A stretch of DNA of 64,000 nt from Carcharhinus longimanus (lineage: Eukaryota), in contig JASCQW010000001.1 in assembly GCA_030264375.1 (NCBI GenBank), forward strand, positions 147,568,229 to 147,632,228, read 5' to 3'. The translations under genes and the position numbers were made by a program. The notes beneath the pieces are model-generated. The model did not search any database, was not told where the DNA came from, and saw only the letters and a program-made list of their open reading frames with translations. The number at the start of each line of letters is the position of its first letter. The first letter of the stretch is position 1. Below are positions 27,720-41,519 of this stretch, piece after piece.

Positions 27720-28030
27720 TAACACAGTAAGAAGTCTCACAACACCAGGTTAAAGTACAACAGGTTTATTTGGTAGCAAAAGCTACTAGCTTTCAGAGCA
27801 CTGCTCCTTCGTTAGGTAAGTGGGAGTTCAGTTCATAAACAGGGCATATAAAGACACAAACTCAATTTACAAAATAATGGTTGGAATGCAAGTCTTTATA
27901 GGTAATCAGGCTGTAAAGGTACAGACAATGTGAGTGGAGAGAGGGTGAAGCACAGGTTAAAGAGATGTGTATTGTCTACACCTAGGACAGTTAGTGAGAT
28001 TTTGCAAGCCCAGGCATGAGGGGATACAAC
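27720..28030 (-). mobile_element. Penelope-derived element family A, single arm
   Basis: Aligns by eye with the left arm of the 61.6-62.3 kb element. Degenerate hammerhead at ~27785-27822 (reverse complement ctaacgaaggagcagtgctctgaaagcta). Confidence 0.7.
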
Positions 28031-28489
28031 AGTTGCACCCACCCTAACAGGAATCCTGAAAATCAGAGCAATGCTACATTGTTCTGAGGAGAGCAGAGAG
28101 GTCCTAGTAGGGCTAAGAAAAAGGTATCTTTTATCTTTCTTTCTTCTGTAGGATTGCAGACATTCCAAGAGTGTCATGAATTACAGATGAATCTCCAGGA
28201 CTGCTGGCAAACAGAAAGTCACTGGGGCTTTTTCATTTTCCTCGAATGACCGTCAAGAGTTACATAAATTTGTAGGATTAGAAAATTGCTGTTTGAGGCA
28301 GAGTGTTTGGAGGAAGGGGGTCTTGTGTTGAAACTTCCAGGAATATCTCCAAGCCTATCTTTAGTTTGTAATGAAGCCAGCACGCTTCCGTTTAAGGTTA
28401 TCAATAACTTCTCACTGTTGATGGTTTGGATGCCTTTCTTCAATTGACAGCATGGATTCGCATCAATTCTTGCCCTCCTTGCAACTTTA

Positions 28490-28866
28490 TTTTATCCATT
28501 CATGGGACATGGGCGTCATTGGCTAGCTAGCATTTATTGCCCATCCCTAGTTCCTTTGAACTGCATGTCTTGCTCAGCCATTTCTGAGGCCAGTTGAGAG
28601 TCAACCACATCGCTGTGGCTCTGGAGTCACATGTAGGCCAAACCAGATAAGGACAGCAGATTTTCTTCACTTAAAATGTGAATCAGATGGGTTTTTCCGA
28701 CAATGGTTTCACAACAATGGTTATCAACAGACTCTTAATTCCAGATTTTTTTAAATTGAATTCAAATTCCACCATCAGCTGTAGCAGGATTCGAACCCAG
28801 GTCCCTATAACGCCAATTGAGTTTCTGAATTAATAGTCTGATGATAATACCACTAGGCCATCGCCT
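28490..28866 (-). mobile_element. tRNA-derived SINE family C (same as 1255-1608)
   Basis: catttattgcccatccctag...ctggagtcacatgtaggcc...ttgaattcaaattc...ggattcgaacccagg...taataccactaggcc. Confidence 0.8.
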
Positions 28867-29309
28867 TGCTACATTAGACAGACCTTGTCCTCACTGTCCA
28901 GTCTACTGACCAGTAACCTGCTACATTTCCACCCAGGGACAGAAAGAATTTCATCTCCTTTGAAGGAAGCTGATATGAACTTGATCTGTCCCTGTCCTTA
29001 AAAATCAACAAGCCCAGTTTCCTTATCCTTAATGCCTTGTAGCAAATGCATGGTTTACAATTTGCTTACTTGATAAGAACGCCAATACAGACACAGGGAT
29101 CTAGTCCATATATTTTAACAGTCAGTCAAAATACCAAAGCTAAATGTTAGAATTTGCTCCAAAACATTGCTTAATCTGGTAAATAGGTTAAAATAGAAAC
29201 CACTTCACCAGGTAAAGTTTTTCCCTTGTCAAGTAAGTGTCAGGGAATAGAAATTGTTCCTCTTAGAATGACATAGCGCCTCCCCCCACCCCCCCACCAC
29301 ACTAAAAGG

Positions 29310-29585
29310 CAATCCCACCCAGACCTATTCCTCGTATCCTAAGTACTTACTCTGCTAATCTCCCTAACCTACACATCTTGGGACACTAAGAGGCAATTTA
29401 GATGGCCAATCCACCTAACTTGCATATCTTTGGAGTGTGGGAGGAAACCGGAGTACCTAGAGGAAACCCATGCAGACACAGGGAGAATGTGCGAACTCCA
29501 CACAAATAGTCGCCTGAGGCTAGAATTGAACTCAGGTTCCTGGCACTGTGAGGCAGCAGTGCTAACCACTGTGCCACCATGCCAC
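29310..29585 (-). mobile_element. HE1 V-SINE
   Basis: Head and V core, partial tail A. Confidence 0.8.
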
Positions 29586-30958
29586 CTGTTGATATGAATC
29601 TCAGCTTATATAGCAAAAGCAACTTTTATTAGGTTTTTGAGGTTCTACACTGATTCCACCCATTGTCCAAAAGCAACTGTATGCCAAGATCCTTCTTGGG
29701 GAAAAGCTCCGGTGATGTGGGATTTCTGCTCACCCTTCTGAATTCTACAATTCTACCATGACTCTTCCTCAACCCCTAATGAGTTAGGACTTGTTCGGCA
29801 TGCTTTATCATTAGGCATTGCAGTATAAATCCTGCCACCAAGAAAAAGCCTGCAATTGTGAAGAGGAGAATCTCAACAGTGTTGGACTGGGACACTACCA
29901 CAGTGCCAGAGAATCGGTGCAGCACTGTAGATCCGAAGGAGTGTGACAAAGCTTGGAATCTTTAGGCCTCAACCAAATATGTTGCCTTTGGCAGAAAAGT
30001 GTTGGGAATCCAGACTAGATGAAAGGGAAGCTGATACAAAGGCCCCTTTCCTCCATCAAATCAGCAGGGAACACTTCAAGAATGTTGTCATTGATCCCTG
30101 GGATGCACTTTCCACATGGTGGCCCCAGGAAACAGTGTTACTGCAGACAGGAAGGAAAACTGTCTGTGAGCTTTGGCCCTTCTGATTTAAATATCAGTCC
30201 CTCCCACACCACCAGATGGCAAATTATACACATTGAATAGGTCAGTAAGTGGGATGCTCATTAGTTTGAGCAGAGGATGGTAGGTAGGGAAAGAAAATCC
30301 AGGACAATTCCAGGAAAGGCATGGGAGGGAAATACAAGTAAGGCTGTAACACGGCCACATTTTCCTTCACTTTTCCACTGCTCGATTTCAGGTTGGATCC
30401 TAGAGGCAAATTCCAATCATTGGAATTTACATTGATGTTCAGGCTGCTGTTTAGCAGGGCCATTGATCCACCATCCATTTCTACAAAGAGGCCCCCATGG
30501 TCCTGAGGCATTGACCTCATTTATGTGCATCAGATGCGGCAAAGGAAAAGAGCCTAAACAGCTTCCAGGGTGATAGGTCTGGAATGGGGGGAGTGGTTGA
30601 GTGCAACGTCAGCCAAGATTATTTCTGTGGGACCCAAGGATGCAATCCAATACCTTTTGAGGCCCACAAAAATATTCTAGACTCGTCTTTGCTTGATCTC
30701 TAGTCTTCCATTACCTTGGAATTTTTCAAAGCCTGCACTGTGTCCCGAGCTGACAATTTGGTCCCAACTTGCATCCTAAAAACCCTGATTTCCATATTAA
30801 ACAGGAAGGCTGAAATAGGGGGATCTCTAGGACAGTTAGAAGTAAATTCCTATTCAAAAGGTACTGGTCCCATCACTGGCATTAACCCAGTGGTCAGGGT
30901 ACAGACCCCCTTTGAGGCTGTTGCCATCATATTAGTGCCTGAAAATTAATCCCAGATG

Positions 30959-31298
30959 ATAGAATAGAACCCCTACAGTGCAGAAGGAGGTCATTCAGCC
31001 CATTAAGTCTGCACCGACTCTCCGACAGAGCTCCCACTCAGGTCCTTTCCCGTAATCCCATACATCTACCATGGCTAATTTTCCCTAACCTACATATCTT
31101 GGGATACTAATGGGTAATTTAGAGTGGCCAATCCACCTAACTTGCATGTCTTCAGATTGTGGGAGGAAACCAAGCACCCAGAGGAAACACACACAGACAC
31201 TGGGAAAACGTGCAAAATCTACGCAGACAGCGACCCGAGGCTGGAATTGAACCTGGGTCCCTGGCACTGTGAGGCAGCAGTGCTAAGCACTGTGCCAC
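30959..31298 (-). mobile_element. HE1 V-SINE (tail A)
   Basis: Full head, core and tail. Confidence 0.85.
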
Positions 31299-31907
31299 TG
31301 GGTTGACTGTAATATAACCACTCAAATTCATTTCCCTTTCCCTAACTATATTCCACTTGGCGATGACCAACTGTAAATTGAACTTGCATATGTAGCTTGG
31401 TACATCTTAAAGTGCTTTACAGCCAACTCTTTTGGCTTCATACAATCACACAAAATCTAAATATATTTCACGGTGTGAAATTGGAGACAGTGATATATTT
31501 AGCCATGAAATTTAAAAGTTTTCATACAGAAAAGACAAGAGCTCCAATTAAATCTCTAAATAGTAGACAGGACCTAATGCCTAACTCGGTTTTAAGGAAC
31601 GGAGTCTATCTCATGGGTTAGACGCTCTCATTTCAGATTATTGCTTCATATTCATGTTGGATTCAATTTCTTCTGTTCCAAACTTAGAAATCAAACCTAC
31701 CTCCTCTTTAAACCTCCCAGAAATAATCTAATTGAAGCCAACGTTCCCTCACCTCCTCCTCTCCAACCAAAATATCAAAGTCAACAAATGAGTGTACAAA
31801 TTCTAACTCATCCTTGTGCAATATTAAGATAGGATTACAAACAGTAAGAGACTATTCAGCCATTCAATCCTATTCTGCCACCGTTCATTGACAGTATAGT
31901 TTAAAAA

Positions 31908-32207
31908 AAGTAAAATTTAAAGCTTACTTATTAGTTACAAGTAAGGCTTACATTAACACTGAAATGAAGTTACTGTGAAATTCCCCTGGTTGCCACACTC
32001 CATTGCATATTTGGGTCAATGCACTAATCAGCATGTCTTTCAGACTGTGTGTGTGTGTGTGTAGGGGGTGGGGGGAACCAGAGCACCCAGAGGAAACCCA
32101 CGCAGACAAGGGGAGAACGTTCAAACTCCACACAGACAGTAACCCAAGCCAGGAATTGAACCCAGGTCCCTGGCACTGTAAGACAGCAGTGCTAACCACT
32201 GTGCCAC
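31908..32207 (-). mobile_element. V-SINE, tail type B
   Basis: taaggcttacattaacactgaaatgaagttactgtgaaattccc tail plus HE1-like head. Confidence 0.8.
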
Positions 32208-32329
32208 TGTTCATTTTGATCTATATTTTAATGCCATCTATCACCTTGGTTCCATAGTCCTAATTACCGTTACCTAACAAAAAAGAATCTATCTCGGGTT
32301 TAAAGTTTCCTATTGTTCTCGCCTCAGTA

Positions 32330-32790
32330 GCAGTGATAGGCAACCTGGGCTAGTGAGTGGGTTATGTGAGTGACCTTCCTTCATCTCAGTGGCTGCAAGA
32401 TTGGGTACATTCACTATGACCCTTAAATAAGATTGAATACATTTAATACATTCCAAATATTTCATAACAAGCTATAAAAATGTTTAATCATTCATATACT
32501 AATACAGCTGTCATCAACTTCAAATGGTAAAAACTAAAGAATTTTTCCGCTTTATTGAATGCAGAGGGGACACATGGTTCTCACATTCTATACTCCATGC
32601 AATCTCATACGTGCATTTCATTTCACTTGCCCTTGCTTTATCTGCATATCCCTTACCGGCAGGGAAAAAGCTGTGTGGATACAAGCCAGCAGAATGTAAC
32701 AACTCTGCATGTGGGCAACAGTCAACAAATCATCTTGTGGGCCACAGTCAGAACCCTGATGGGTTGAATGTGGCCCCCCCGATCAGAGGT
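32330..32790. mobile_element. Possible non-autonomous hAT (Charlie-like) DNA transposon remnant
   Basis: Starts cagtgataggcaacctg, resembling a hAT TIR. Subterminal gtgggccaca/tgtggccccc motifs at the other end. Confidence 0.35.
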
Positions 32791-32831
32791 GGTCCACCTC
32801 TGCTCAACTGTGTTTGGGGTCTGAGGGTTCC

Positions 32832-34548
32832 AGACAACTAACAGGCAGAGGAGGCTCCACAAATATCCCCATCCTCAATAATGAGGGAGCCCAGTACATC
32901 AGTGCAGAAGATAAGACTGAAGTATTTGCAGCTATCTTCAGCCAGAAGTGCCAAGTGGATGATGTATCTCAACCTCCTCCAGCATCACCGATGCCAGTCT
33001 TCAATCAATTCAATTCACTCTATGTGAAATCAAGAAATAGTTGAAGGCAGTGGTTACTGCAAAGGCTATGGGCCCTGACAATATCCTGATAATAGTGTTG
33101 AAGATTTGTGCTCCCGAACTATCCACAGCCCTAGCGAAGCTGTTCCTGTATAGCTACAAAACTATGTGGAAAATTTCCCGTGTAAGTCCTGTCCACAAAA
33201 AGCTGGACAAATCCAACCCTGCCGATTACTGCTCCTCCGTCTACTCTCCATCATCAGTGGAATTATGGAAAGTGTCATCGACAGTGTTATCAAGTGGGAC
33301 TTACTCAGCAATCACCTGCTTCCTGACTGTTTGGGTTCCGCCAGGATCACTCATTGTGACCTCATTACAGCATTGATTCAAACATGGAGAAAAGAGCTGA
33401 ACTCCAAAGGAGATGGCTATCCTTGATGTCAAGGCAGCATTTGACCAAGTGAGGCATCATAGAGCAGAAAACCTGAGGTCAGTGAGAAAACTCCCCACTG
33501 ATTGGAATCATATCTTACACAAAAGAAGATGGTTATGATGGTTGGAGGTCATTCGTCGCTGTATCGGGTCACTGCAGTGGGAGTTCCTCAGGGTAGGGTC
33601 CTAGGCCCAACCATCTTCGGTTGTTTCATCAATAACTTTCCTCCCATCATAAGGTCTGAAGTGGGGATGTTCGTTGATGATTGTGTTCAGCACCAATCGC
33701 AACTCCGCAGATACTGAAGCAGTCTGTGTCCATTTACAACAAGATCTGGATGATCTTCAGATTTGGGCTGATAAATGGCAGGTAATATTTGTGCCACATA
33801 GGTCCAAGGCAATGAATATCTCCAGCAAGAGAGAATCCAACCATGTCCCCTTGATAGTCAATGGCATTACTATCAGTGAATCCCACACTGTCAACATCCT
33901 GGGAGGTTACAACTGGACCAGCCATATAAATACTGTGTCTATAAGAGCAGATCAGAGGCTGGGAATTCTGCAGAGAGTAACTCAATTCCTGACTTCCTAA
34001 GACCTGTCCACCATCTACAAACATATGTAAAGAGCGTGAAGGAATTCTCTCCACTTGCCTGGATAAAGGCAGTGCCAACAACATTCAGGAAACTCGACAT
34101 CACTCAGGTCGAAGCAACCTGTTTGACACTCTATCCACCACAATAAACATTCACTCTCTCCACTACCAATGCATAGTTGCAGCAATGTATAGCATTCACA
34201 ATACGCACGGCAGGAACTCACTAAGGCTCCTTAGGCAGCACCTTCCAAACCCATAACTTTTGCCATTATGAAGGACGAGGACAGCATATGCATGTGAACA
34301 CCAGCACTTGCAAGTTCCCATTCAAACAGCACACCATCCTGACTTGGAAATGCATTGCCGTCCCTTCACTGTCACTGGGTCAAAATCCTGGATCTCCCTC
34401 TCAAACGGCACTGTGGATGTACCTACTTTATATGGACTTCAACAGTTCAAGAAGGCAGCTCACCTTCACCTTCTCAAAGGAAATTAGGGATGGGCAATAA
34501 ATGCTGGTCTAGCCAGCAATGGCCAAATTGAATGAATCAATAAAAAAA
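32832..34548 (+). mobile_element. 5'-truncated CR1/L2-group LINE, decayed ORF2 reverse transcriptase plus 3' UTR
   Basis: Frameshifted RT motifs: KAMGPDNI, WKISRVSPVHKK, LDVKAAFDQV, GVPQGRVLGP, MFVDD, LQQDLDDLQIWADKWQV. Ends gggatgggcaataaatgctgg...aatgaatcaataaaaaaa. Confidence 0.9.
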
Positions 34549-34614
34549 GATATTCACCTCACTGAAGAATTGTTTTCTGACTTCATTCTGGAACAGCCAA
34601 CTTCATTTTTAAGA

Positions 34615-34735
34615 GCAAACAACAGAAAACACTGGGAAAATGCAGCAGGGGTCTAACATGCCAGACCTGCAGAATTTTTCTAGCATTTTCTGTTTTTGTT
34701 TCCAATTCCAGCAACTGCAGTATTTCACTTCTATT
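34615..34735. mobile_element. Penelope-derived family B mini-palindrome
   Basis: aacagaaaacactgggaaaatgcagcagg ... cctgcagaatttttctagcattttctgtttttg. Confidence 0.5.
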
Positions 34736-34967
34736 TTTAAAATAATGCCCACCTCAGCCTGTCATCAGTGGAAGTAGTTTTTTTTTAACTAGGAAATAGT
34801 TTTTTTTTACTTATAAATGTTTCTTAGCAATTTAAACACCTTAAGCAGATCAGCCCTTAATCTTTTATATTGAAGGGAATGCAAACCTAGTGTCAGCAAC
34901 CTGATCTTATAATTAACCCTTTAGATCCAGTATCATTCTGGTGAATCTTCACCACAATGGAAATATA

Positions 34968-35155
34968 TCACCATTCCCTCACTATTGTTGGATCAAAATC
35001 CTTGATTTCCCTCCCTATGACATTGCGGGTCAACCCATAGCATGTGGACTGCAGCGATTCAAGATGACAGCACACCACCACCTTCTCAAGGGCAAATAGG
35101 GATGGGAATAAATGCTGGCCAGCCAGCAACGTCTACGTCCCATGAATGAATAAAA
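34968..35155 (+). mobile_element. 3' UTR fragment of the same LINE family, nested in a minus-strand CR1 remnant (~34550-35330)
   Basis: Homologous to 34355-34548. Confidence 0.75.
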
Positions 35156-36142
35156 CAAATCCCCCTCCCCTTGCCCCCAAGGCCCATTCATCATTCCTGG
35201 GGTGCAAAGACCAGAATTGAATGCAGTCCTCCAGTTGACCAGAGTGTGACCAGAGCCCTCTTATACTATTGGAACATAACCTCCATCCTTTGACTTCCTG
35301 TCATTTTAAGACAAAGGGTAAATGTTGTTACAAATTAACTATAATCCTAGGATTAAGCAGTTAATAAAATTGCTAAATAAGTTCTCATTGGCGGGACCTT
35401 CTGGCCCCACCAACAGCAGACCCCTGCCGCGATTTCCTGGTGGCAGGGGGTGAATAGGACAGAAAACCCCATTGGCAGAAGGGGGACCAGAAGACCCTGC
35501 CTCTGGCCAATGGCATCATTTTACATTTTTAAGAGTTGTCCAATGCAATAAACACGATTACAGAGACACTATTTTAGTAGTAAATGCCCTGCACACAAGA
35601 AAGATTAAAGTACTCCATTTCTTTACATAAACACCTACCACTATTCAGTACAAAACACAGTGATTTTTCTATTTCTCCAAAGCTTAGGATGAATTTAGCT
35701 GATTAACCACATCTATTTCAGCCTCTCATTTTGTCCAGCTGTTGTGAGGAATACTTTAACTTCACCAATGGTTGCTGAGAATGCTGATTCATATCATGAG
35801 ACACACCAGACTCGTCCCCATCCACCAATCTCCATGGTTGGATCCCACCTGATTTTTGCTAAGGAATGTCCTGTTGGAGCTCATTATTCATTCTTTTGCT
35901 GGCCCGGAAAGTTTGCTATGGTCAAACTGGCCACAGCGACAGCTCCCCATTTCAAACAATGATACTCGTGATTCCACAATGCAAAGTTCTGGCATTTTCA
36001 CCGACGTTGCATGTTATTCTAACAAATGATCCATTGGCAGTAAAGAGGAAAGTAAAGCACACACACTCTCAGATTATCATCTTCCCTCAAACCAACAACT
36101 ACTAACAGTTTAAAGTACACATGAATATGCAAATAGCCACAT

Positions 36143-36555
36143 ACAATCCCTAGAATGCAGAAGGAGGCCATTTGACCCATCGAGCCTGCACCGACAACAA
36201 TTCAATCCTATCTATAACCATATGCATTTACCCTGCTAATCCCCCTGACACTAAGGGGCAATTTAGAACAATGAAAATTACAGCACAGGAACAGGCCCTT
36301 CGGCCCTCCGAGCCTGCCCCAACTATGCTACCCAACAGAACTAAAATCCCCTACCCTTCAAAGAACAAAGAAAATTATTTAGCATGGCCAATTAACCTAA
36401 CCTGCTTATTGTTGGAGTGTGGGAAGAAACCAGACCACCCAAAGGAAAACTACGCAGACATGGGGAGAAGGTGCAGTGACCCGAAGCCGGAATTGAACCC
36501 AGGCCCCTGGAGCAGTGAGGTAGCACTGCTAACCACTGTGCCACAATGCTGCCCC
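36143..36555 (-). mobile_element. HE1 V-SINE with a nested CR1 tail fragment (~36266-36370)
   Basis: The SINE is interrupted after gggcaatttag by cagcacaggaacaggcccttcggccc and resumes at atttagcatggcc. Confidence 0.75.
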
Positions 36556-37734
36556 CATGTGGCTAGTGGCAAACGTATTGGACAACACGGATCTTGTGTG
36601 TCTGTTAAATGTGGATAAACACTCATGTCACATTTTTAGATGAAACAATCTATAACTTGTGAAATCAAGATAGCATTGGTTTGAAGTAAAAGCCTGAAGA
36701 GCTGGTTTGATAATCGATCAAGCTTTTTAAATATATTGCCAGTCTGGAGTTCACACTTCTGTTTAAACTATATGTAACATGGGGCTTGCAAACAGAAGTG
36801 AGCAGCACAGCTAACTTTAATTGACACTGAGGCTAAGTTTGAAGTCCCTACTATCACCCTGACTGACATCAGCAGATGGCACAGATCAGAGATTCAACTT
36901 GGGGCCTCTGTGATTCAATTGAATCATTGGGGTATTGTAGTAATTTCTGTCTTTGCAATGCTATCGGGTGTGAACTGGATGTATTGTCAGATTTGCAGCT
37001 TAATTAAGCAGCAAACAAATAATTAAAAACTACACAGTATGGAAATTAAACACAACTTCACCATTCTAAGTCTAGCTGCTTTATCATGTAACATCACACT
37101 ACGAAATAATTATGTGCCACTGGGGATATGTTTTCGAAGTTCATTACTGTATTTTCCATCACTGTGATCTTAATAGGGTCACAGATTTCTGCAGGAATGG
37201 TATGCCTCTTTAGGTGGTCGCTAATTGTTCTTTTAATTTAAATTACGCTATGGCTGCATGGGACCCATCAAGATCCATGTTCTACATTGAGGCTTCGAAA
37301 GGTCGAATGTCAGCTGACCTTTTCCCTCAGTGCCCCCAACTTATGAAAGATAAATAAGATTGGATCTCACCAAGTAAGACCACAGCAAAACTTATTTGGT
37401 GCATTTGCGGCTATCAGGTAACTTCAAAATCTGGCTTGACTTGTGATTTTTCTCAACTGTTGAGAATGGGCACTTGGGTGACATTGCCAGCTGGGGTCCA
37501 GTGGCACCACCTTCGTCGCTGAGGCAGAAGCCTGTGGATTGAGGTCTTGCTCCAGAGACTTGAGAACAGCATCTCGCCCAGTAGTTCCCAACATTTTGTG
37601 TGTCCTGCCATACCTCAAAAAAAAACTGAGGCGCAACTCCAATTTTCTTCAACTGAACTACCCTCTAACAAAAGCCTTCCATCTCGAAAACCTCCTAAAA
37701 GCACGCCATGCCGCCATCTAATATAGTTTCCATT

Positions 37735-38290
37735 AGTTTAAGCAGTTTACAGTGAAAACCCTGTCACCAGTGTCAAATACAGTACATTTTATGAAAAATG
37801 TATACGATTTAAAAGCATTTTCCATCAAAGTTTTCAGTTGTTCACACAAAATAGTAAAGAAGCTCAATGTCAAAGGGTGTGATTTTACATAATTCACCAT
37901 TTTTGCTGTTTGGTTTAATAATACAATAAAATCAGGTGGTAGAGGCAATAATGGTTTCACAGTGCAGGATATATTGGCTGACTTGCATATCAGGCTTCTG
38001 TTCTTTTACCTTACTCATCAATCCTTTAACCTTACCCAGTATGGAAGATGATCCATCCAGTTAAGATTGCTTTCCTCCAGATAAGCAGTTGTGATACAAA
38101 AGATGTCTTCTCCAGTCATGTGACTGGACAGTTCTTTGCAAAAGAAGAAATTTTCTTTGGTGGAATCCCTGTCAACATACCTGCCATTGAAGTACCTGTT
38201 ATCAACTGATGTTTTGTCAATATATTATTTGATTGTATTATCAGAAAGAAGAACGGGGTCAATTTCTCTGCCACATCCAGAATTTAAGAA
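37735..38290 (-). mobile_element. Decayed hAT transposase fragment (Charlie/Buster; ZBED5/SCAND3-like)
   Basis: Minus strand reads RYVDRDSTKENFFFCKELSSHMTGEDIF...LNW, KGLMSKVKE...ILHCE (CxxH region) and KMVNYVKSHPL..FFTILCEQ. Confidence 0.75.
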
Positions 38291-38322
38291 TTCTTGGTCT
38301 TATGATCAGTGTTGATATTGAT

Positions 38323-38628
38323 AGGGCGGCATGGTGGCACAGTGTTGCCTCACAGCGCCAGGATCCGGGTTCAGTTCCAGGTTTGGGTCACTGTCTGTGT
38401 GGAGTTTGTACATTTTCCCCGTGTCTATGTGGGTTTCCTCCAGATGCTCCGGTTTCCTCCCACAGTCCGAGGAGGTGCGGGTTAGGTGGATTGGCCATGC
38501 TAAATTGCCCCTTAGTGTGAGGGGGATTAGCTAGGGCAAATGCATGGGGATAGGACCTGGGTGGGATTGTGGTCGGCGCAGACTTGATGGGCCGAATGGC
38601 CTCCTTCTGCACTGTAGGATTCTATGAT
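38323..38628 (+). mobile_element. HE1 V-SINE (tail A), well preserved
   Basis: gggcggcatggtggcacagt...ggccgaatggcctccttctgcactgtaggattctatg. Confidence 0.9.
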
Positions 38629-38694
38629 ATCTTGGCTGAAATCCCTGAAGAGAGTAGCCATTTAAACAAAGAATAACAAAAAACAAAATAAAGT

Positions 38695-39060
38695 AAGCAT
38701 AGGAATTGACTCTTCAGCCCTCCAAGTGTGCTGATCATGATGCCCTAATTAAACTGAAAAAATACCTTCTGTCCTTATTTAGTTTTTATCCCTCTATTCC
38801 CTCCCTATTCATGTACCCATCCAGATACTTTTTAAATGTTGCTAATGTGCCTGCTTCCACTACCTCCTCTGCAGCGCATTCCAGGCACCCACCACTCTGT
38901 GCATGAAATACTACCCCTGTACATCTCGCTTAAACTTTCCCCCTCTCACCTTGAACCTGTGGCCCCTTGGGAAAAAGCCTCTGACTATCCATCCTGTCTA
39001 TACTTCTCATAATTTTGTAGACCTCTATCAGGTCTCCCCTCAGCCTCTGTCTTTCCAGCA
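38695..39060 (-). mobile_element. CR1 LINE 3' fragment
   Basis: gcattccaggcacccaccactct, aattttgtagacctctatcaggtctcccctcagcct. Confidence 0.8.
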
Positions 39061-40432
39061 AAGACAAGATGATGGTATGGTACGTGACGATGGTGAAAGT
39101 TTGATATTAGAAGGAGTTGAAGGATGACTTACCCTGGTGGAGTGGATGAGATCTCAAACTTTAACTTGGCGTAAGTTTACATAAAAATACAAAAATAGAT
39201 ATAATCTGACCATCATGAACTATTTGATGAATTACTCGTTCTTCAAATACAGCGTAATTCAGGCACTTTGTCTAATAATTGCCTGTTACTGTCGATACAA
39301 TATCAGTGGTTAGTGTACTGAAATAGTAGGTATTCAAATCACAAAAAACTTGTTTTGGATAAGATGTTAGTACAAAATGGCGGCTTGACCTTAATCTTTT
39401 GTAGAATGGACTCTCTAAAAATGATCAAGTTAAGCAGACAAACTAAATCCTATTAAAACAAATACAAAACCCAGGTTTGCTTACAACATAATGGGTATAA
39501 ATCTTTCTAACAAGGCAAGTACATTCTCTTTTGAAAATTATGCTTGCTTGGGCCTCTTCTGGCCCCAGTTCTACTTCCTGCTAGGTTCACCCTGGTGGGA
39601 AAGCGGGCAAAGCATCTCGTGCTCACCCGCTTGCTAAAATAAAGATCAGGTAATTGGGCATCACCAGTGCCAGGTTTGCATGTATAAAGAATGACTACGC
39701 TACTTTCTAGTGGGTGTTTTCACCATTCTGAAGAGCAGATTAAAATAAATGGCTGTAAGAAGAGATTGAATCAGCAGTTACATCCCTTGGGTCATTTTAA
39801 TTGCCTCCCCGGCTGCCAGACCAAATTATTTCACAATTAATATCACATCTTCCTTTTAGGACTCTCCAGCCCATTTGGCGTCAACCTTAAATGTCTTTTG
39901 ACTTCCTGTCATTTACGTTTGGTTGTTTTTTTCCTTCCTGTATCTGCTTCTTTCCTTGTCTTATCCATCCCTTTTTCAAATTCCTTTCATGTTATTGTGT
40001 TTCATAGTGCCAAACGTTTCCTATTTCATATGACTTGGAGTCAGTAGTGCACCCCTATAGTTTCTTTATAATAATCTCACGAAGGCCAGTGTTCCAGTTC
40101 CAACACTCTTTATTTACCACATGCAGAAGGTACTGCTTCTGCAGCCACAGCGTACGTGTCAAGCTCTTCCACAGCTGGCCTGAGTGGGGTCAGCTGGTTT
40201 TAAACCCTCTCCCAGTGCTCCTTCCCTTTTGGGTGACCATCCACATGCTTGATAGGGGAGCTCATATTTACAAGACCCACAGAGAGGTCCACTGACAACC
40301 TTCAAGGCAATTCGCAGTAATTAACAAGACTTTATTTCTACTTTACAGTCTGGGGGGATTTTCATAGTGTATGTATGTGGAAGGGTGAGATTGATAGCAA
40401 GATCCAGAAATGTTAAATGTACATTTCTGAAT

Positions 40433-40847
40433 TGAGTGTCAGCTGTGGCTCAGTTGTACCACTCAAGTCTGAGGCACAAAGTCCTAGGTTCAATCCCAAC
40501 AGAGGATTTGAATACAAAGGTGTATGCTGATGCCTTAGAGCAGTTTTGAGGAAAAGTGGCATTGCTGGAAGTGCTGTCTTTCAGATCAGATGAGGTCCCA
40601 TTTGATTGCTTGGGTGGATATTAAAGATCCCATTATTCTGAAGTGGAGTAAGTGAATTATCCCCAGTGTTCTTGCCAATATTTCTTCCTCAATCAACATC
40701 GCAAAAAGCAGATCATCTGCTCATTATTGTACTGTTATTTATGGGAGTGGTGACAACACAATGCTGACTGTACTTCGAAAAATACTTAATTGATTCCAAA
40801 GTGCTTTGGTGGTTGTGAATATTGTATATAAATTCCACTCTCTCTTT
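40433..40847 (+). mobile_element. Near full-length DeuSINE (SacSINE1-like)
   Basis: tRNA-like head gtggctcagttg...ggttcaatccc, Deu domain ggtggatattaaagatccca...gccaatatttcttcctcaatcaacatc, and tail gtgctttgg...tatataaat. Confidence 0.75.
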
Positions 40848-41271
40848 CTGATCAGTGCTCCTGGTGTGCATAGCTTGCCATGAGTAGTAGTTTTAGCCAG
40901 AGGCAACCTGTAAAAACTTTGATCCAAAACAATTACATTATCACTTTATGTAAACCATACATCATTTATGCCCCAAGTTATCTCAGTAACCCCTCTTGGC
41001 AGCTTGGCTGGGACTCACTACAGACACCCATTTCAGCATTTTAAACTCTGGTCAATACATTTATATTAACTGGAAAGGTGGGTAGCATATTTAAATTCTT
41101 CACCTCCAAAGCATGATAGACCCTGAAATTTTAATGGGAGTTCTCCTGATCTCCTCCTGAGATCATTACGTAAATGGCTATTTTCGATCATTCGTGCTGG
41201 AACTTGGGAAGACCCGAAAAACCCCTGCGAAATTCCAAGGTCACTGAGTTTTGGATTCAGCTGCCTGGGAA

Positions 41272-41519
41272 ATGTTTATTTTACTTATTACTCTTACAAG
41301 TAGGCTTACATTAACACTGCAGTTATGTTACACTCTGGCGCCTGTTCAAGGACACAGAGGAATGCACCTAACCAGCACGTCTTTCAGACTGTGAGAGGAA
41401 ACCCATGCAGACACGGGGAGAATGTGTAGACTCCGCACAGACAGTGACCCAAACTGGGAATCAAACCGCACCCCGGCACTGTAAGCCAGCAGTGCTAGTG
41501 CTAACCACTGTGCCACCCC
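41272..41519 (-). mobile_element. V-SINE, tail type B
   Basis: caagtaggcttacattaacactgca...ctggcgcctgttc plus head. Confidence 0.8.

Noticed and set aside
32814-34500. Active reverse transcriptase gene
   Set aside because: Multiple frameshifts, stops and deletions, and it is 5'-truncated.
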